A stretch of 64,000 nucleotides of DNA, taken from positions 19,654,001 to 19,718,000 of the forward strand of contig JAQFVV010000003.1 in the NCBI GenBank assembly GCA_028023455.1. Reading direction: 5' to 3'. The notes below the pieces were generated by a model. The model saw only the letters and a list, made by a program, of their open reading frames with translations. It was not told the DNA's origin and ran no database searches. This document shows positions 38,466-51,900 of this stretch, one piece after another (position 1 is the stretch's first letter; each line of letters starts with the position of its first letter). The translations under genes were made by a program, and so were the position numbers. The stretch is from Epiperipatus broadwayi (lineage: Eukaryota > Animalia > Onychophora).

Positions 38466-41400
38466 TCAACATGTTCATATTCTAGATCAATTATTAATGA
38501 AGAGTAGTAAAAGTATACTTTAACAAATAAATGTAAACAGACTTATACAATAACATATATAACTGATACAATAGCATCCCTTCTCTATATCTGTAGCCAT
38601 TGATTTCTAAGCTTCCATAAAGATGACTGAAACTGTAAATAGTATCTAATTTTATATACATATATAAACATACCTAATATACAATTTAATTTTAAAATTA
38701 TACAGATTAAGACATCAATAAAAATAATTACCACAAAAAATAAAAATAATGTAGTTACAAAAAAGACAATACATACATTACTAAATAAAGAAAGCATATT
38801 ACATATATATATACTAAAATGTAAATGAATGAGTGCGTATAAGAATGTTTTCACTCATACAATCTTTTAAATTCCACTAATCAACCGATTTATCACATAG
38901 AAATGATGGAATCATAATTTCATACTTCGGATCCATTTTAAACAAAATGTTTATTTAATAATTCATAGTGTCGATATTACAAGTTAGATTAATGCTTTGA
39001 CTATGATAGAAGAGTATGCAAGATTAGGAAATAGCTGAGAAATGATTCCTGACCCCACTCGTTGAAATAGGACAGTAATACAAAATTTATATATTCAGAT
39101 TAATGAATTTTGAACTTTTTTTTTTTTTAAATCACAGGTTTTTGAAACTGCAGAAGTGATCCAATAGACATAAAGGGATTACTATGCATTGAAACCATTA
39201 TAACAATGTGCTTTAAAAAAAATTTAGCTTTTGTTTTATTCATGTTGAACATCACATTATTATGAGTTCACTAACTAACAATGAGAAATTTATTAAACAA
39301 AAAACAAATGCTATATCAACAAATTTATAAATATTTGATGACAGATCAAAATAGATCTTTAGGAAAGACCTACATTAATAATTAAAACATTATCTATTCC
39401 ACCTATCTGAAATCATAAATTGTATACAATTAAATATCATAAACACATTTAATCAAAAAATCTACTTAGTCTTCATCGTGTATGATTTTGATTATAAATA
39501 TACTGACATTTTGGATTGATCGCACAAGCCATCAAATGAGTGATGAATAGAATATTCCAACTAAATAATAATCTACTCATCATCCAGTTGATAGCTTGTG
39601 TGATCAAGCTAAAACATTGGTATATTTATAATCAAAATCACACATAGATAAATCAGCAACATATATCATTTATCTGTAACTCATAAAAACCTTAATATTC
39701 AACATATAGATATAATGTTCTTATTCGTAGATTGTTAAAAAATGAGTTGCATTATAGACATGTGCAATTAATACTTTTATAATATAATGAAAAAATGATT
39801 TGAAAAAATATTTTTTACTTTTAATCATTAAATGTAATAATTTTGGAATTACAGATAAAATTATTATAGATCTGTCAGAATATAAAAGTTGAGGGTTTAC
39901 TTTTTTTAAAAAAATAACTAACTCTAATTTTTAAACAATTAAGAAAATAGACAATAGACCATAAAAATTTAAATAAATAATACATTATTTTCATAAAAAA
40001 TTAATATCAACCTGAGACAAATATGAACTAATAATAAATTTATGACAGTTTGAATCAACTTACTGCTGCTAATAGAAAACCTTCCAAATTCCATAAAGTG
40101 AGATATCATTTTTAATAAGCTATTAAGTACCATGCAATAAATCTAATAAATTAGTAAATTATAAATTAATAGTATTATAAACTATATTTTTGCTATTTAT
40201 CTAACTACTCTATTTAACTTATATATATTATGCATTGTAGTTATCTTCTTTTTTTTATTAAACTATTAATTTCTTTCTATATCAATTTTGAAATAGCATA
40301 AACTAATCAATTACAGTAATAAAATAGATAAATAATGTTTGGTCATCAAATTAATAAATAAAATAAATAATTGAATAGCTAGTCACTCATGAAGTCATTT
40401 GACATTCAAACAAAAAAAAAAAGACTGTGTTTTGATCCAACAACTATTAGCTCTAAAGTCCATTATGATTTATCCCAAAATTTTTTTCATCTACAACAAT
40501 TAGATAAATTAAATATTCTTATTGAGTGTGCTATAAATTTACAAAACAATATAGAAAATTCAATAAAAATGGACTCAATATATTGTAAATAAAATAGACT
40601 CATGCTTCAGAGCTAATAATTTGATACGCATTAAATTAAATGGAAAAATATAATAAAAGGAATTATAGTTTTTATCTGACTCAATAAATACATATTTCAA
40701 GAACATAGAAATGACTTGGATAATGTGTAATGTTTGATAGAAACTAAAATTATCTAATATTAAAAAATTTAAATAGTTGAAACAAAATATGTCACTCAGC
40801 AATATTGTTTAGAGACAGTATTAAAATTTTTTTTGTAGAGACTTTTCAATCTACAATGTACATTTCTGAAAATCAAGCATTGCTAATAATAACAATTTAA
40901 ATAGACAGTTACTTTACTAAATCCAAACCTATTATATGGCAAATATAAAAGGCAATTCATCCAAAAAATAATAATCCATGTACCAACAAGATAATAATAA
41001 TCTAATAATCATTAAGTTTTAAATATATCAAGCTTTAGGGCCTGACTTATGCAATTCCAGACTTAAAAAATAATTCTAGCATACATAATGTAAAATATTT
41101 GAAAAATATGTATAAATAAATGTAGTTTTTTGTACTTATGTGTCTCATGATGCCTAAACATTTCTTCTGATACTGTAATTTATTTTCAATTGGTATAAAA
41201 TATTTCATATTCTGCAACATGGCTAATATTAAAAATCTAACTTATATAAATTTCAATTTAATGCAGTAAGTTACAGAATGGATTACTTATTCAAGTTAAA
41301 AACTTTCTGTACCATAAAATTTCCAAGACTTGCATTATCCAAATATGCTTTTTTATGTATATTAACTGGATATCTAAATTTATTAAAATACAATTATTCT

Positions 41401-44199
41401 TTGAACAACCTATTTTATGAAAAAGATATTTTATAGAGGTACTAGTCCATCACTTAAATAATTTTTTCATTATTATCCATAGTAGGAAGCATATCTGAAA
41501 CTGTTTAAAACTAATTTCTATACTTATATTAAGAAAACAATTATGAATATCATGACAATTATCAATTTATTAGAGCAAACATTAAAATTAAAGTTGTTAT
41601 CAATATAAATTACAAAGAATAAAACTTAAATTAAATTTGAAGAATATCAAAATGACATTTAATAACTATATTGAAATTTAAAAATTATAAATTAACAATA
41701 TTGAATAATAGATAACAGAGAATAAGACAAAAAAAAAAAATTAATGAAAAAGTGAATAGACAAAAGTATGATAAACCGTTAAAAACTGAAATGTTTAAAG
41801 GTCAAATATTTATTAATTATATGATCAATTTCATATAGAATCAAATGTCACTGAAGTGACAGATACTAATATTTAACCACAAAACAAGTTCAGCTAGAGC
41901 AGAAGGGGAAAAAATGAAATTGTATGAAAAAGTGCAAAAAAAAAAAAGATATACTATTAAGTTGAGCAATAAAGAGATAGTGAAAACAATTAATCAATTA
42001 AAGATAGATTTTTTTTTTTTTGTCATTTTAGATACAAGTTTATTCAAGAATTATTACTTAATCAGTTAACAATTCCAATCACTAATCCAATTATATAGGG
42101 CAATGAGAAAATTATATAATAAGAAATAACTATGAATAATAGAAATTGAGTTGGATCTAAGAAATAAAAAATAATATAGAAGCCATTTTCATATAAATAG
42201 ATAAAATAAAAAAAATAGCAACATGAAGAGCAAATGATTTTATAAAGAGTTTGAGTATCTCCACATATAGAAAAAAAAATTTTTTAAGCATCTATACTTG
42301 TCTCCAAAATCCTATTGAATCACATTCAAGATGCACACTTGTGCCAGAATAAATGAAACCCAAGGAACCTAAAGAGAGAATCAAAATACCATTACAAAAT
42401 CTATTAATATATTCAGGAAAACAAGATATAGTGATGTTTTCAAAGTAATAGCCACCATGTACAGAATTATTTATAAATAAGTTTAAAAGATGTAATCATT
42501 TTCTCTCTATATAAATACTTTTAGCCCATTTAAATATGTCTAGGGAATCCAATTTACAATTAAACATAAATTATGAATGATTCACAGGATTAGACAATAT
42601 AATGTTATCATTTACTGGCATTTTTAGGGTTATCATTTACACCAAAAACTGATTGTATTTTATGTGAGATGAAATTTATTATTTATTATATTACATTAGA
42701 ACAGTATTAGAAGAATATTAAAACATTCCTTGAAAAAATATCTCAAATCCATTAAAAGGCATCAATGGAGCATACTACCCTCTCATTCATCCAATAATAA
42801 TGCACACACACAAATTAATTAGTAAGATCATAAAAGATATGTTAACTATATTTTCATTTCCCCCAATCAGTATTTGACTGCATGAGCTACATAAAATAAG
42901 ACCCTATCATTCTGGAAAATGACAAAGTCATCCAGAAACAATATTTGTATTATGGTATGAATCTGATCATCTCAAATGTTTAAAATAATCTGCAGACCGA
43001 TGATTGGACCAAAAGAATAGCATGGAATATGGTTTCCAAAATTATAACATTTCTAACTTTATTTCTCACGTGAGAAAAGTCAGATAGATTCACAAGATTC
43101 TTTTGAAGATCACTAGACTTAAATACTTTTGGGCTTTACATAAACAATGATACAATATAAGCTTCCAGCTATTTATTGTTCAGTTTTATACTTTTGTTAT
43201 CACTATATCTGCATGACATTTACTTTAGATTAGTAATGGCATAAAAATGGCTGCAGTCATAAATATTTTACTTGTAGGGGAGCTTTGTTAATCAATTAGA
43301 TGTTCAAATATAGCTTGACCCAATCTTTGTAATATTCATTGAGTTCTCTCAATAAAAATTGATACCTAACTATTAGCACTTCTAACAAGTTTGATTCTTT
43401 TAATTTTGCTTGAAACTATTGACCTGGAAACACTGAAAATAATTCAGCAATTTGGGGCATTAGTGCTTCATTTTATCAAAAGCAACAGTTTGAACCATTT
43501 TCAAGGTAAGTTATTTCAGATTTATGAAATTGTCAGATATTTCTTACCATTTCTATAGGCAAATGACATAAATTATTGAGCAAGATAGACGGTTGAAGAG
43601 TGTATACAAAACTGCAATATTATAGATTTTTTTTAAAAAGGGTGTGATAAACTTAAATAATTCCAAACTACACAATCTAATGATATTAAATTCATAAATA
43701 GCTCAGAGAAGTCAACAATGTGGGCAGAAATATAGATAATAGTTCGAATATTGGAAATTATAAATCATTTATAAAAGATCAATAAATTTTAGATAGTATT
43801 TTCCCCAAGATTTTTAACGATGCCTCTCACTATTATATTCCCCAAGAGTCTCAAAATATAAACATTATTGTAAATCATACACAAGTGATTAATCCCGATA
43901 ATCTCTAATCAATCTTATAACAAACTCCATAGCATAATTATGTTTGGCAAATCGACATTTTTTAATTTGAGTTCCGGCTGAAATTATAATTATATCACTA
44001 CATACATTTAATAATCTAATAGAATTATTTAATGATTATTAAAGAAAATTATTAACTAGCGTAGAAAAATACTGCGTACATAATTTTGTTTTTTTACATA
44101 ACTTTTTTACTTCCTTTTGGTAAAGGGCAGACGGAAATCTACCAATAAAATACCACTTAGAAAGTTCAATGACGTAATGACTTTTTTTTAAAAAAAAAA

Positions 44200-45423
44200 A
44201 AAAATTCCAATAAAATCACTAGGTTTGCATTGAAGGTCACTAATTAATAATAAAAAATATATATAATAATTATTATCAAACTTTTTATTCACCTTGTATA
44301 AACTTCTCGACAATGTATATATTTACTTATATAATATAAGCTTTCCCCAAGGTCTTTTAAGACCCAACTTTTTATCCTTAGTGACTCATCGTAAATTTAT
44401 GTCGTATATTTATCTTAAAAATTGTTATGTTATCATCTTAATACCTCGCTAGCCTAAGGCATTAGAGTATCATCACGCATTTGCACCCGGCAAGTAAAGG
44501 GTCACCTTAAGGTTAATATATGCATACGACCCTAATAGTTAATTTGCATGAATGGTACTCTGGTAAAAGGATAAAGGTCGCAGTCGGACAAAAATAATGT
44601 TGAACGAGAGCTCCATTAACATTGGCAATATAAACGTTATAATTTACTGGCATTTTCACTTTTTAATATAAACAACTAAATATTAACCAATGCCAATAAT
44701 ATATGCTGATTGAAGAATTCTCTGCTTGAAAGATAAATAATAAAACTAGGCGCTGTTAGAAGAGTACCGCTGGGGTCAGGCTGGCAGAGGTCACCATGCG
44801 GCGCGGCTATACAAACACAATATTATCATAAACCTGGCATTTTCCTGTTTAGTAAATACATCAAAATTATATCGTTAGAAAGTAAATATAGTCATACAGT
44901 TTTCAATTTTCAATAGTTTTATAACCAAATATTAACACAAAGTAAAAAATAAAAAACGACATATTTAAATCAGCAGACAATTCCGCATTTCGATATTAGT
45001 CAAGAAATAGCAAGTGAAACAGCGCGTACACCATAGCATGAAATAGGAAAATTTGCCATATTTTTAAACAATTCCATCTGTACAAATAACTGACCATTGT
45101 GTTTAAAGATATGTTTCAGTCGATTGTATTCTTAAATAAACACATGTAAAAATAAAATTAAAAAAAGAAACATACCTGTAAAATTTTTAAGAAAATAGCA
45201 GAAAACGTGCAATCCTTGGAGAAAAAAGGTCAGAGTTCGTGACCTCACAGCTTACATACGCAAATAGAAAATTACCTTGATTGGTTGAAAATGAGGTCAC
45301 TTACTTCCTCGTAACAGTAATGAGATTTCAACGAGAAACGTTGAAACATCACGTGAAACAATGTCTTAGAGGTTATTTTTTTAGGCTTTTCGCCGAATTA
45401 TTAGTGTAGTAGTGCATGTAAGT
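44200..45423. promoter_or_regulatory. CpG-retaining probable bidirectional promoter
   Basis: Divergent splice donors (minus CAG|gtatgt at 45176/45175; plus CAT|gtaagt at 45417/45418); CCAAT (attgg 45280-45284), ETS-like acttcc 45303-45308, E-box tcacgtga 45349-45356, octamer atttgcat 44542-44549, several RGGTCA half-sites. Confidence 0.6.
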
Positions 45424-47499
45424 ACAATATGTAAAAACAAAGGTGGAAAAGTAACAGCATATGATTTTTTTTTATTTTCTTAAAATATTTTGCTTTAAAA
45501 AGTATTATAGTAATACAAATATTAATGGATTAAAAATAATTATACGTCATTGTCACATTAACGTTTGTATTTTTAAACCGGATCTCTGTGTTTCTCTAAA
45601 TATTTAATTACTGTCCTCTTTTTTACTCTGTATTATATTTTAGTTCTTATTTGTTTTTTCCGAAATAAATCATTTATTATTTATAACAAACTTGAATTAT
45701 ATGTAATATACAAAAGTGAATAAACCTACAGATGGGATAATTTAAGAGTCATTTGTGTACTTGTTGAACAACCTACTCCATGATGTACTGTACATTTAAT
45801 AGATTTATTAACAGGTTTTCTGATAAATAATGCTTAATAATTTTTTCAATTGGATTTCATTTCTTCGAATTTACTCTTTTCGCCCAGTAAATAAGTATAT
45901 TTTTTCGTAGATTAGGAATGAAGGAAAAATCATCTATTCAAATGCCAATTTGTGAAATATTCTTTTTTTCTTGTTTACCTTTTAATCATAAATAAGTAGA
46001 TAGCCTATTTTCCGAATTTTGATTCAAGACTTCTTTTAAATTTTTAATTTAGTTCTAAAATTAAAATATTTGTATAAATTATATTGTACCACGGAACAAT
46101 GTATTATTATTTGCTCAGAACTCCATTGTCTCGTTTTTCTTCCTGTTTTCGGGCAGAATTTACACAAGGATAATTTTTGATTTATAATTAGATAGCTGCT
46201 TAGATTGATTATAAGGCTATTGTCTGGAGAAAAAAAAAATGTTTAGAAATCTTTATATGCTTGAGAAAATTTCCAAATTCTGACTTGAAATTTTAGATCT
46301 TGAGTTTATTAAGTAAATGTGGAAATTACGACACAATTAAGAATTTAAATATCTTCCAGTAATTTGTAAATATTTTGATATTGTTTTTTAATTGATGGGT
46401 TGGCTTGTGTTTTATATATAATCAAAGTAAGATTGTTATTCATTATTAAAGCTAGAAATTAGGTTTGCTTTTCAGATGTACACACATGCAGTAGCTAATG
46501 ATTACTACATAATTGCTAGTGATTTTTAATGTTGTGTTGATTGAAATATAGAAATGGCCTGCATATTCATTAATAATTTGGTTAAGATAATGCCTTTTAG
46601 TCATAAATTAGATACTTATAATCTGTCAACTGAATCAGCAATATGTTAAACTAAATTGACCAAATATAATTAGACAGAAACCTAGAAAAACTGCTTTGGA
46701 TATCTCGACATAAAGTAAAATGGACTTAGTCTGTGATGATCAAAAACTTCTCCAGCAACTTTCTATAGAGCATTCTAAAGTAAATTATTAGGGTCTGTTT
46801 TAATATTTTGATTTTCTTTGGCTATACTATTTTTAAAAAAAAAATCCTAAATTTTTTGAAATTTTTTGGCTCTAAAAAAAATACAAATTTCATCTACTTT
46901 TAAAACTGGCTGAGGAACTCTAACCATTATATCATAAATCCTATGTGATTTTTCTGGAAAATAAATATAACAAACTATGTATTAATATATATTTATATGA
47001 AGATATTGGAGGTAAAATTACTGTAATAAGAAAATTGATATACCGTACTTAAACATTATTGATGGCTTTCTAAGCAGTGATTAAATCAATGGCAATGAAG
47101 GCAAATGTCCAAGAAATGTTTTAGCTAATTGGTGTTGTGATAAAGTGCAAAGAATATAATAAGTAATGAAATGATTAATTGTTCACATCATGTTGATTAA
47201 GTTGTTCAGATCATGTGATATTTGAGTATCAGAAATGACAGGCTATGCCTTGATTCAAAAATTTAGTTCTAACGTTCATTAATCCATTATTGTGCTGAAC
47301 AATGTAAAGTAGCGTTTGTGGGAGTGGCTGCACTGTCATTTCACATCCAATGAAATTTATTTAGTTTTACATTACAGTATTTGCAGATGGAAGAGGAATA
47401 TAATCTATTAGCTTTACCAAAAAAAAAAAAAAATCAGGACCACATACGTTATGTCGCAATTAAATCAGACCAAAAAAAAAGCTACTTCAACACAAATAG

Positions 47500-49200
47500 A
47501 ATGGTCTTGTGAAAAGCTAACTAACTGTCTTATTAAAAAGTCCAATCAAGCAAAATGTGGAAAATTATTGGAATAAATAAACTGCTAAAGTTAGAGAAAG
47601 CAATAGAAAAAAAACTTCCAAAATATTCTACTTACGAAAAAAGCATTATAAAGAAAATATTAAAATAAGACATGTAATTGTAACAAAAATAATAATAATG
47701 GAATTAATATTTTAATGTAAAAGCCCATAAATGATGTGAAAGCATATTTGCCTATCATGATCATGATTTGATGTTTGATTGTGGATTGAATGAAGCTTGA
47801 AAATTTTTCAAATAGCCATCCAAAAGTGGTCAGGATATGGATCTATTTTTAAACAAATAAAGATTCCAAAGTTAATCTGGGTTTGTCAGATGGATATAAA
47901 TATACTGGCCATAAAAGAAAAAATATTGAAATATGATAACAGTCTTTATCAATAGTGAGGGATATGTTATATTTTTATGGATGCCTTAGTTCATGATTGA
48001 CCTATATTTTGATGAAATTTTTTAGTTCTGCTGAAATAGAACTGAAATCTATTTCTATGAGTTCCAATGTAACAATCTCACAATAACTTCTACCAGAAAT
48101 TAAGATATTTACAATGCTATTGAATGTTTAAAAATAAAGAAACATTGGGTTCGGAAGAAATATATTGCAGATTTAAGCCTGTACAATGTATTATGTAATT
48201 ATATCCTTCTTATCCCTGTGCTTAAATCCTGAATCAGAGAAACATTTTTTTAAAATGGTAATTATTTCTTTATAAATAAAAAAAATCCTGTGTAATAGTT
48301 ATAAGAGCCTATTTTTTTTCAATATCATTTATAAGGTCATGTAAAGTACATAATTTAACTTGTTATTAAATGAAAGAAATTGCAGGATCAATACAAAACA
48401 AGTATTAACATATTTTTATTATGCTATTGTTACTCATATTTTATATAATGTTCTAAACTGCATTTTACAATATATATCATCATATCTGGACAGTGATTAT
48501 TTTTCTATAACTATCTAAGGATTTTTGGATTATTCAAGCCTTGTATTGAATAACAAATTATTAGTTCAAATCATTTGATGACTGTCCAAGCTTTTTTAGT
48601 TTCAATTAAAATTCATTATGACAATGTATTTCACTTTTTTATTTAATTTAAACATTGCAGCATTCCAAAAAAAGTCTTAAATGCCATCACTGAAAAAATT
48701 AATATGTATCTATTGATACATTCTATGAATGGAAACATAAAGTAAGAATCTTGGATAGCAAAGCTAAAGACATGCAAAGATTTATAAGACAATTAACTCC
48801 ACCCTGTGAGCCTAAGAAAATTGTTCTTCAGATAGAAACCTTGAATGTGCATTACTAAATATTCAAATACTTAATTATATTTAGCATAATAACAGTCATT
48901 GTAAGTGGAAGAATAAGAATTGGTAATTCATCTAAAGCATGTAACTAATGTTTTGAATGATAAACTTTTTGAAATTCAAAATGTTGCACCAAACTCAATC
49001 AGCAAAGTGACAATGAGACTTGGAAATTTGACTTTGTAGAATAGAAGACTGCAATATCTATTCCGCATCAAAACTATATAATCATTACTGTTTCAAAATT
49101 GATTAAAAAATTATATGCTTGAGTTAAACTAATCATATACTATATGGAACTGCATTTATGGAGTTGATCAAATGTTTATGAAGTTTATTTATAAAAAAGG
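47500..49200 (+). mobile_element. Possible pogo/Tigger relics
   Basis: MDA..H near 47980, SNVT..Q..Q near 48062 and NLECALL near 48840; weak, and the order suggests more than one fragment. Confidence 0.25.
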
Positions 49201-51261
49201 CCAAAAGAATGATATCCTAAAATCTTCAAATATAACCTGATAAGATTGTTATCAAAATTGGCAACACTATTTGGTTAATAAATTCCACATATAATCATTT
49301 TCAAATATTACCAATTCACTGCAAAATAAAAGTCCAGGTTTAATCCAATTTCTCTGATCCTCAACCTCTCTTCTCCATATCACTCCAGCATTCTTCCTTA
49401 TTTCATTCAATCATCTCATGGTCTCTATATTTTTTTACAATCTCTTGGAATCTAGTTTAAGATTTCAGCTGTTCATCTATTATCATCTTATCTGGCAATA
49501 TATCCAGTCCAACTCTGATGATATCACTAATTCTTATTTGTTCTCACTCATGTATTTCGTTTTCAATCACTTCTTGTTACTCCTAACATATATGTCTCCA
49601 AACTTTGTTGAATAATATGAAGTCTCTGTATTATTCTTCTGTTAGGTGTCCAAATCTCAAATCCATAAATAAGAACTGGTAAACATTAAAAACTTTCCCT
49701 TTTAAACACCTAGGCATATTTCCTTTAATATTAGGTCATTTCTACCAAAAGCACTCCAAATTTAATTCTATAATTAATTTCATCCATTATGTTTCCATCT
49801 ATATTAATAATGTGTTCAAGGTATTTGTAATTATTAATTTCTTGTAATTCATCACTATCAATCTTTTTCTTTTCTTTTTTTTTTTTTGAGAAAATCCAAT
49901 AAACATTATTTTAGTTTTTTTAGCATTTTATCTTTAGTCCAACTTTTTTACTTTCATCTAATAACTCTTGCAATTTTTTAAAGTATTATTTGCAAAAACA
50001 ATTACATCATCTGCAAAATTAAATAATCTCCATTTATTTTTGTTGTGTTAGCTTTCCATTTTAATCCACAAAATACTTCTTGCAAAACTACTGTAAAAAA
50101 CTTTGGAGATATGGAGTTAATCTTTTTAATTATATTTGATAAATATTTTTCAAATTATAACATTCTGAGTCTATATCTTGATGACTCAAGCACTGAAGAA
50201 ATGCTTATAGAATCAAATGTCTTTTCATATTTACAAATCCAAAACATATTGGCAACTCATATTCATTGGTTCTTTTTATAACTTCTTTCAATACTTGGAT
50301 GTGATTCTTTGTATTAAAATCACTTTGATATCCATCTAGTTCATTTAGTTGGTTAAAATTCAAAGTTTGTTTTAGATGAGTTGTTAATTATTGTAGAAAA
50401 ATTGTATAGAATTGATGGAAGACATTATATAGATCTGTAATTTCTAATATCTTTTTTTTGTTACCTTTTTAAAATATTTATATTAGTACTGCATCATCTG
50501 GTAAATTTTTATTATTTAGACATTTGGTATATAATTTTGCCAATAATTTTTCTATTTCTTCACCTGCTTTTTTTTTAAGATATCATAATTCGGTCATTGC
50601 CTGGAGCTTTTCCTTTCTCATAGATTTACTTGCATGTCTCACTTCTTTTAAAATCCTGGGCAATTCAGATATAGTAATTATAGGACATACATTTTCATAT
50701 TATTTATTGTTATATAATTTTTTATAGAACTTTTCCACGTATTTCATAATGTCATCTCTCTTTTTAGTAATAGCTCCAACTTTTCTTCTTATTGCAGAAA
50801 TAAGTTCCCTACCAGTACCAAAATGTTGTTTTATACTTTTGATATTTTTATTCTCTTGTAGCTTTCCTTGCTAATTCAGAATTACATTTTCTTATATTGT
50901 TATTAACTCTTCATCATATCATTTTACATAATTCTAGATGTTCATTCCTTCTTGATGGATCATTTTTATATTTTTTTATTGCTTTTTTTTTACTTCATAA
51001 ATTGTCTCAGTAGAAATTTTCCTGATCATTTGCTGCTTTTCTTTACCAACTATCTTTGTTCCAGATACTATTAGTGTGTGAATTATCTTATTAGCGATTT
51101 TGTTCAAATCTGAACTATGTTCAAAATCTGTTAATATTTTAAAAGCATTTATAATTTTTAATTTAAATTCATTAGAATGTTTCTGAAGATAAAGAATGTC
51201 AAGTATGAATAATGCTTTCATATTTGTCTCCAACTTTGACCAACATATATCTTACATCTCA

Positions 51262-51900
51262 CTAATTAAATAAATAATATAAAAACTCGGTCAGATAATG
51301 AAAATTATTCTACACGAATAAAGCGTGATAAACAGAGCAGCCAAAATTAAAAAAACATTAATTATAAACAACAATTTGCCAAGTTCTTTCGGTACTGTAT
51401 ACCAGAATCATGGCAACATATTGGAACTGAACGGTTAATATTCCAGTGCATGCTCAGTGGAACACTAGTGTTAAGCTGATTGATAACGTTTTTAGACTTC
51501 GCAATAAACCAAGCCTCTTTCAACTTTCTTTTCCTATCATTTGACTCATTGCACACAGTAGTAGTATTTTGAGGATAAAATTCATGACCACAATTACTTC
51601 ATGATTTGAAAAAACAGAATTAATCTGTAAATCACTTTTAGATTTTTTTATTCTGGTAAATATGCTGTTTAATCGTGTTAAAACATTCACTTTTGTTTCA
51701 CTGTAATAAATAGCATTACAACTCGCATGTTCATATAACATTAACTTTATTCTAATGCCATGAGAAATATAAAATTCTAATTATAAAAATTAAAAATTTT
51801 ATCATAACTTGCATAAATTTAATTATAACTTCTAAAATACCAATTTTATATTACAAAATATAAAAATATGGGAGGAATCTCATTGCAAATAACATAGTTC
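51262..51900 (-). mobile_element. PLE-2 GIY-YIG 3' fragment nested in the RTE LINE
   Basis: CNAIYYSET..LTRL and RKRKLKEAWFIAKSKNVIN in ORFs 51520-51741 and 51362-51556. Confidence 0.8.
51376..51416 (-). ncRNA. Variant-core HHR-like motif (A3-U8, A9 to C, extra U)
   Basis: ttgcc ATGATTC T ggta tacag tacc GAAA gaac TT ggcaa; perfect stems I and II. Confidence 0.65.

Noticed and set aside
43390-43611. Opposing exon candidates (plus donor at 43506; minus exon 43548-43611)
   Set aside because: Adjacent conflicting splice signals and no homology; cannot be distinguished from chance.
44440-44640. snRNA gene near the octamer motif
   Set aside because: No match to U1, U2, U4, U5, U6, U11 or U12 5' sequences that I can recognise.
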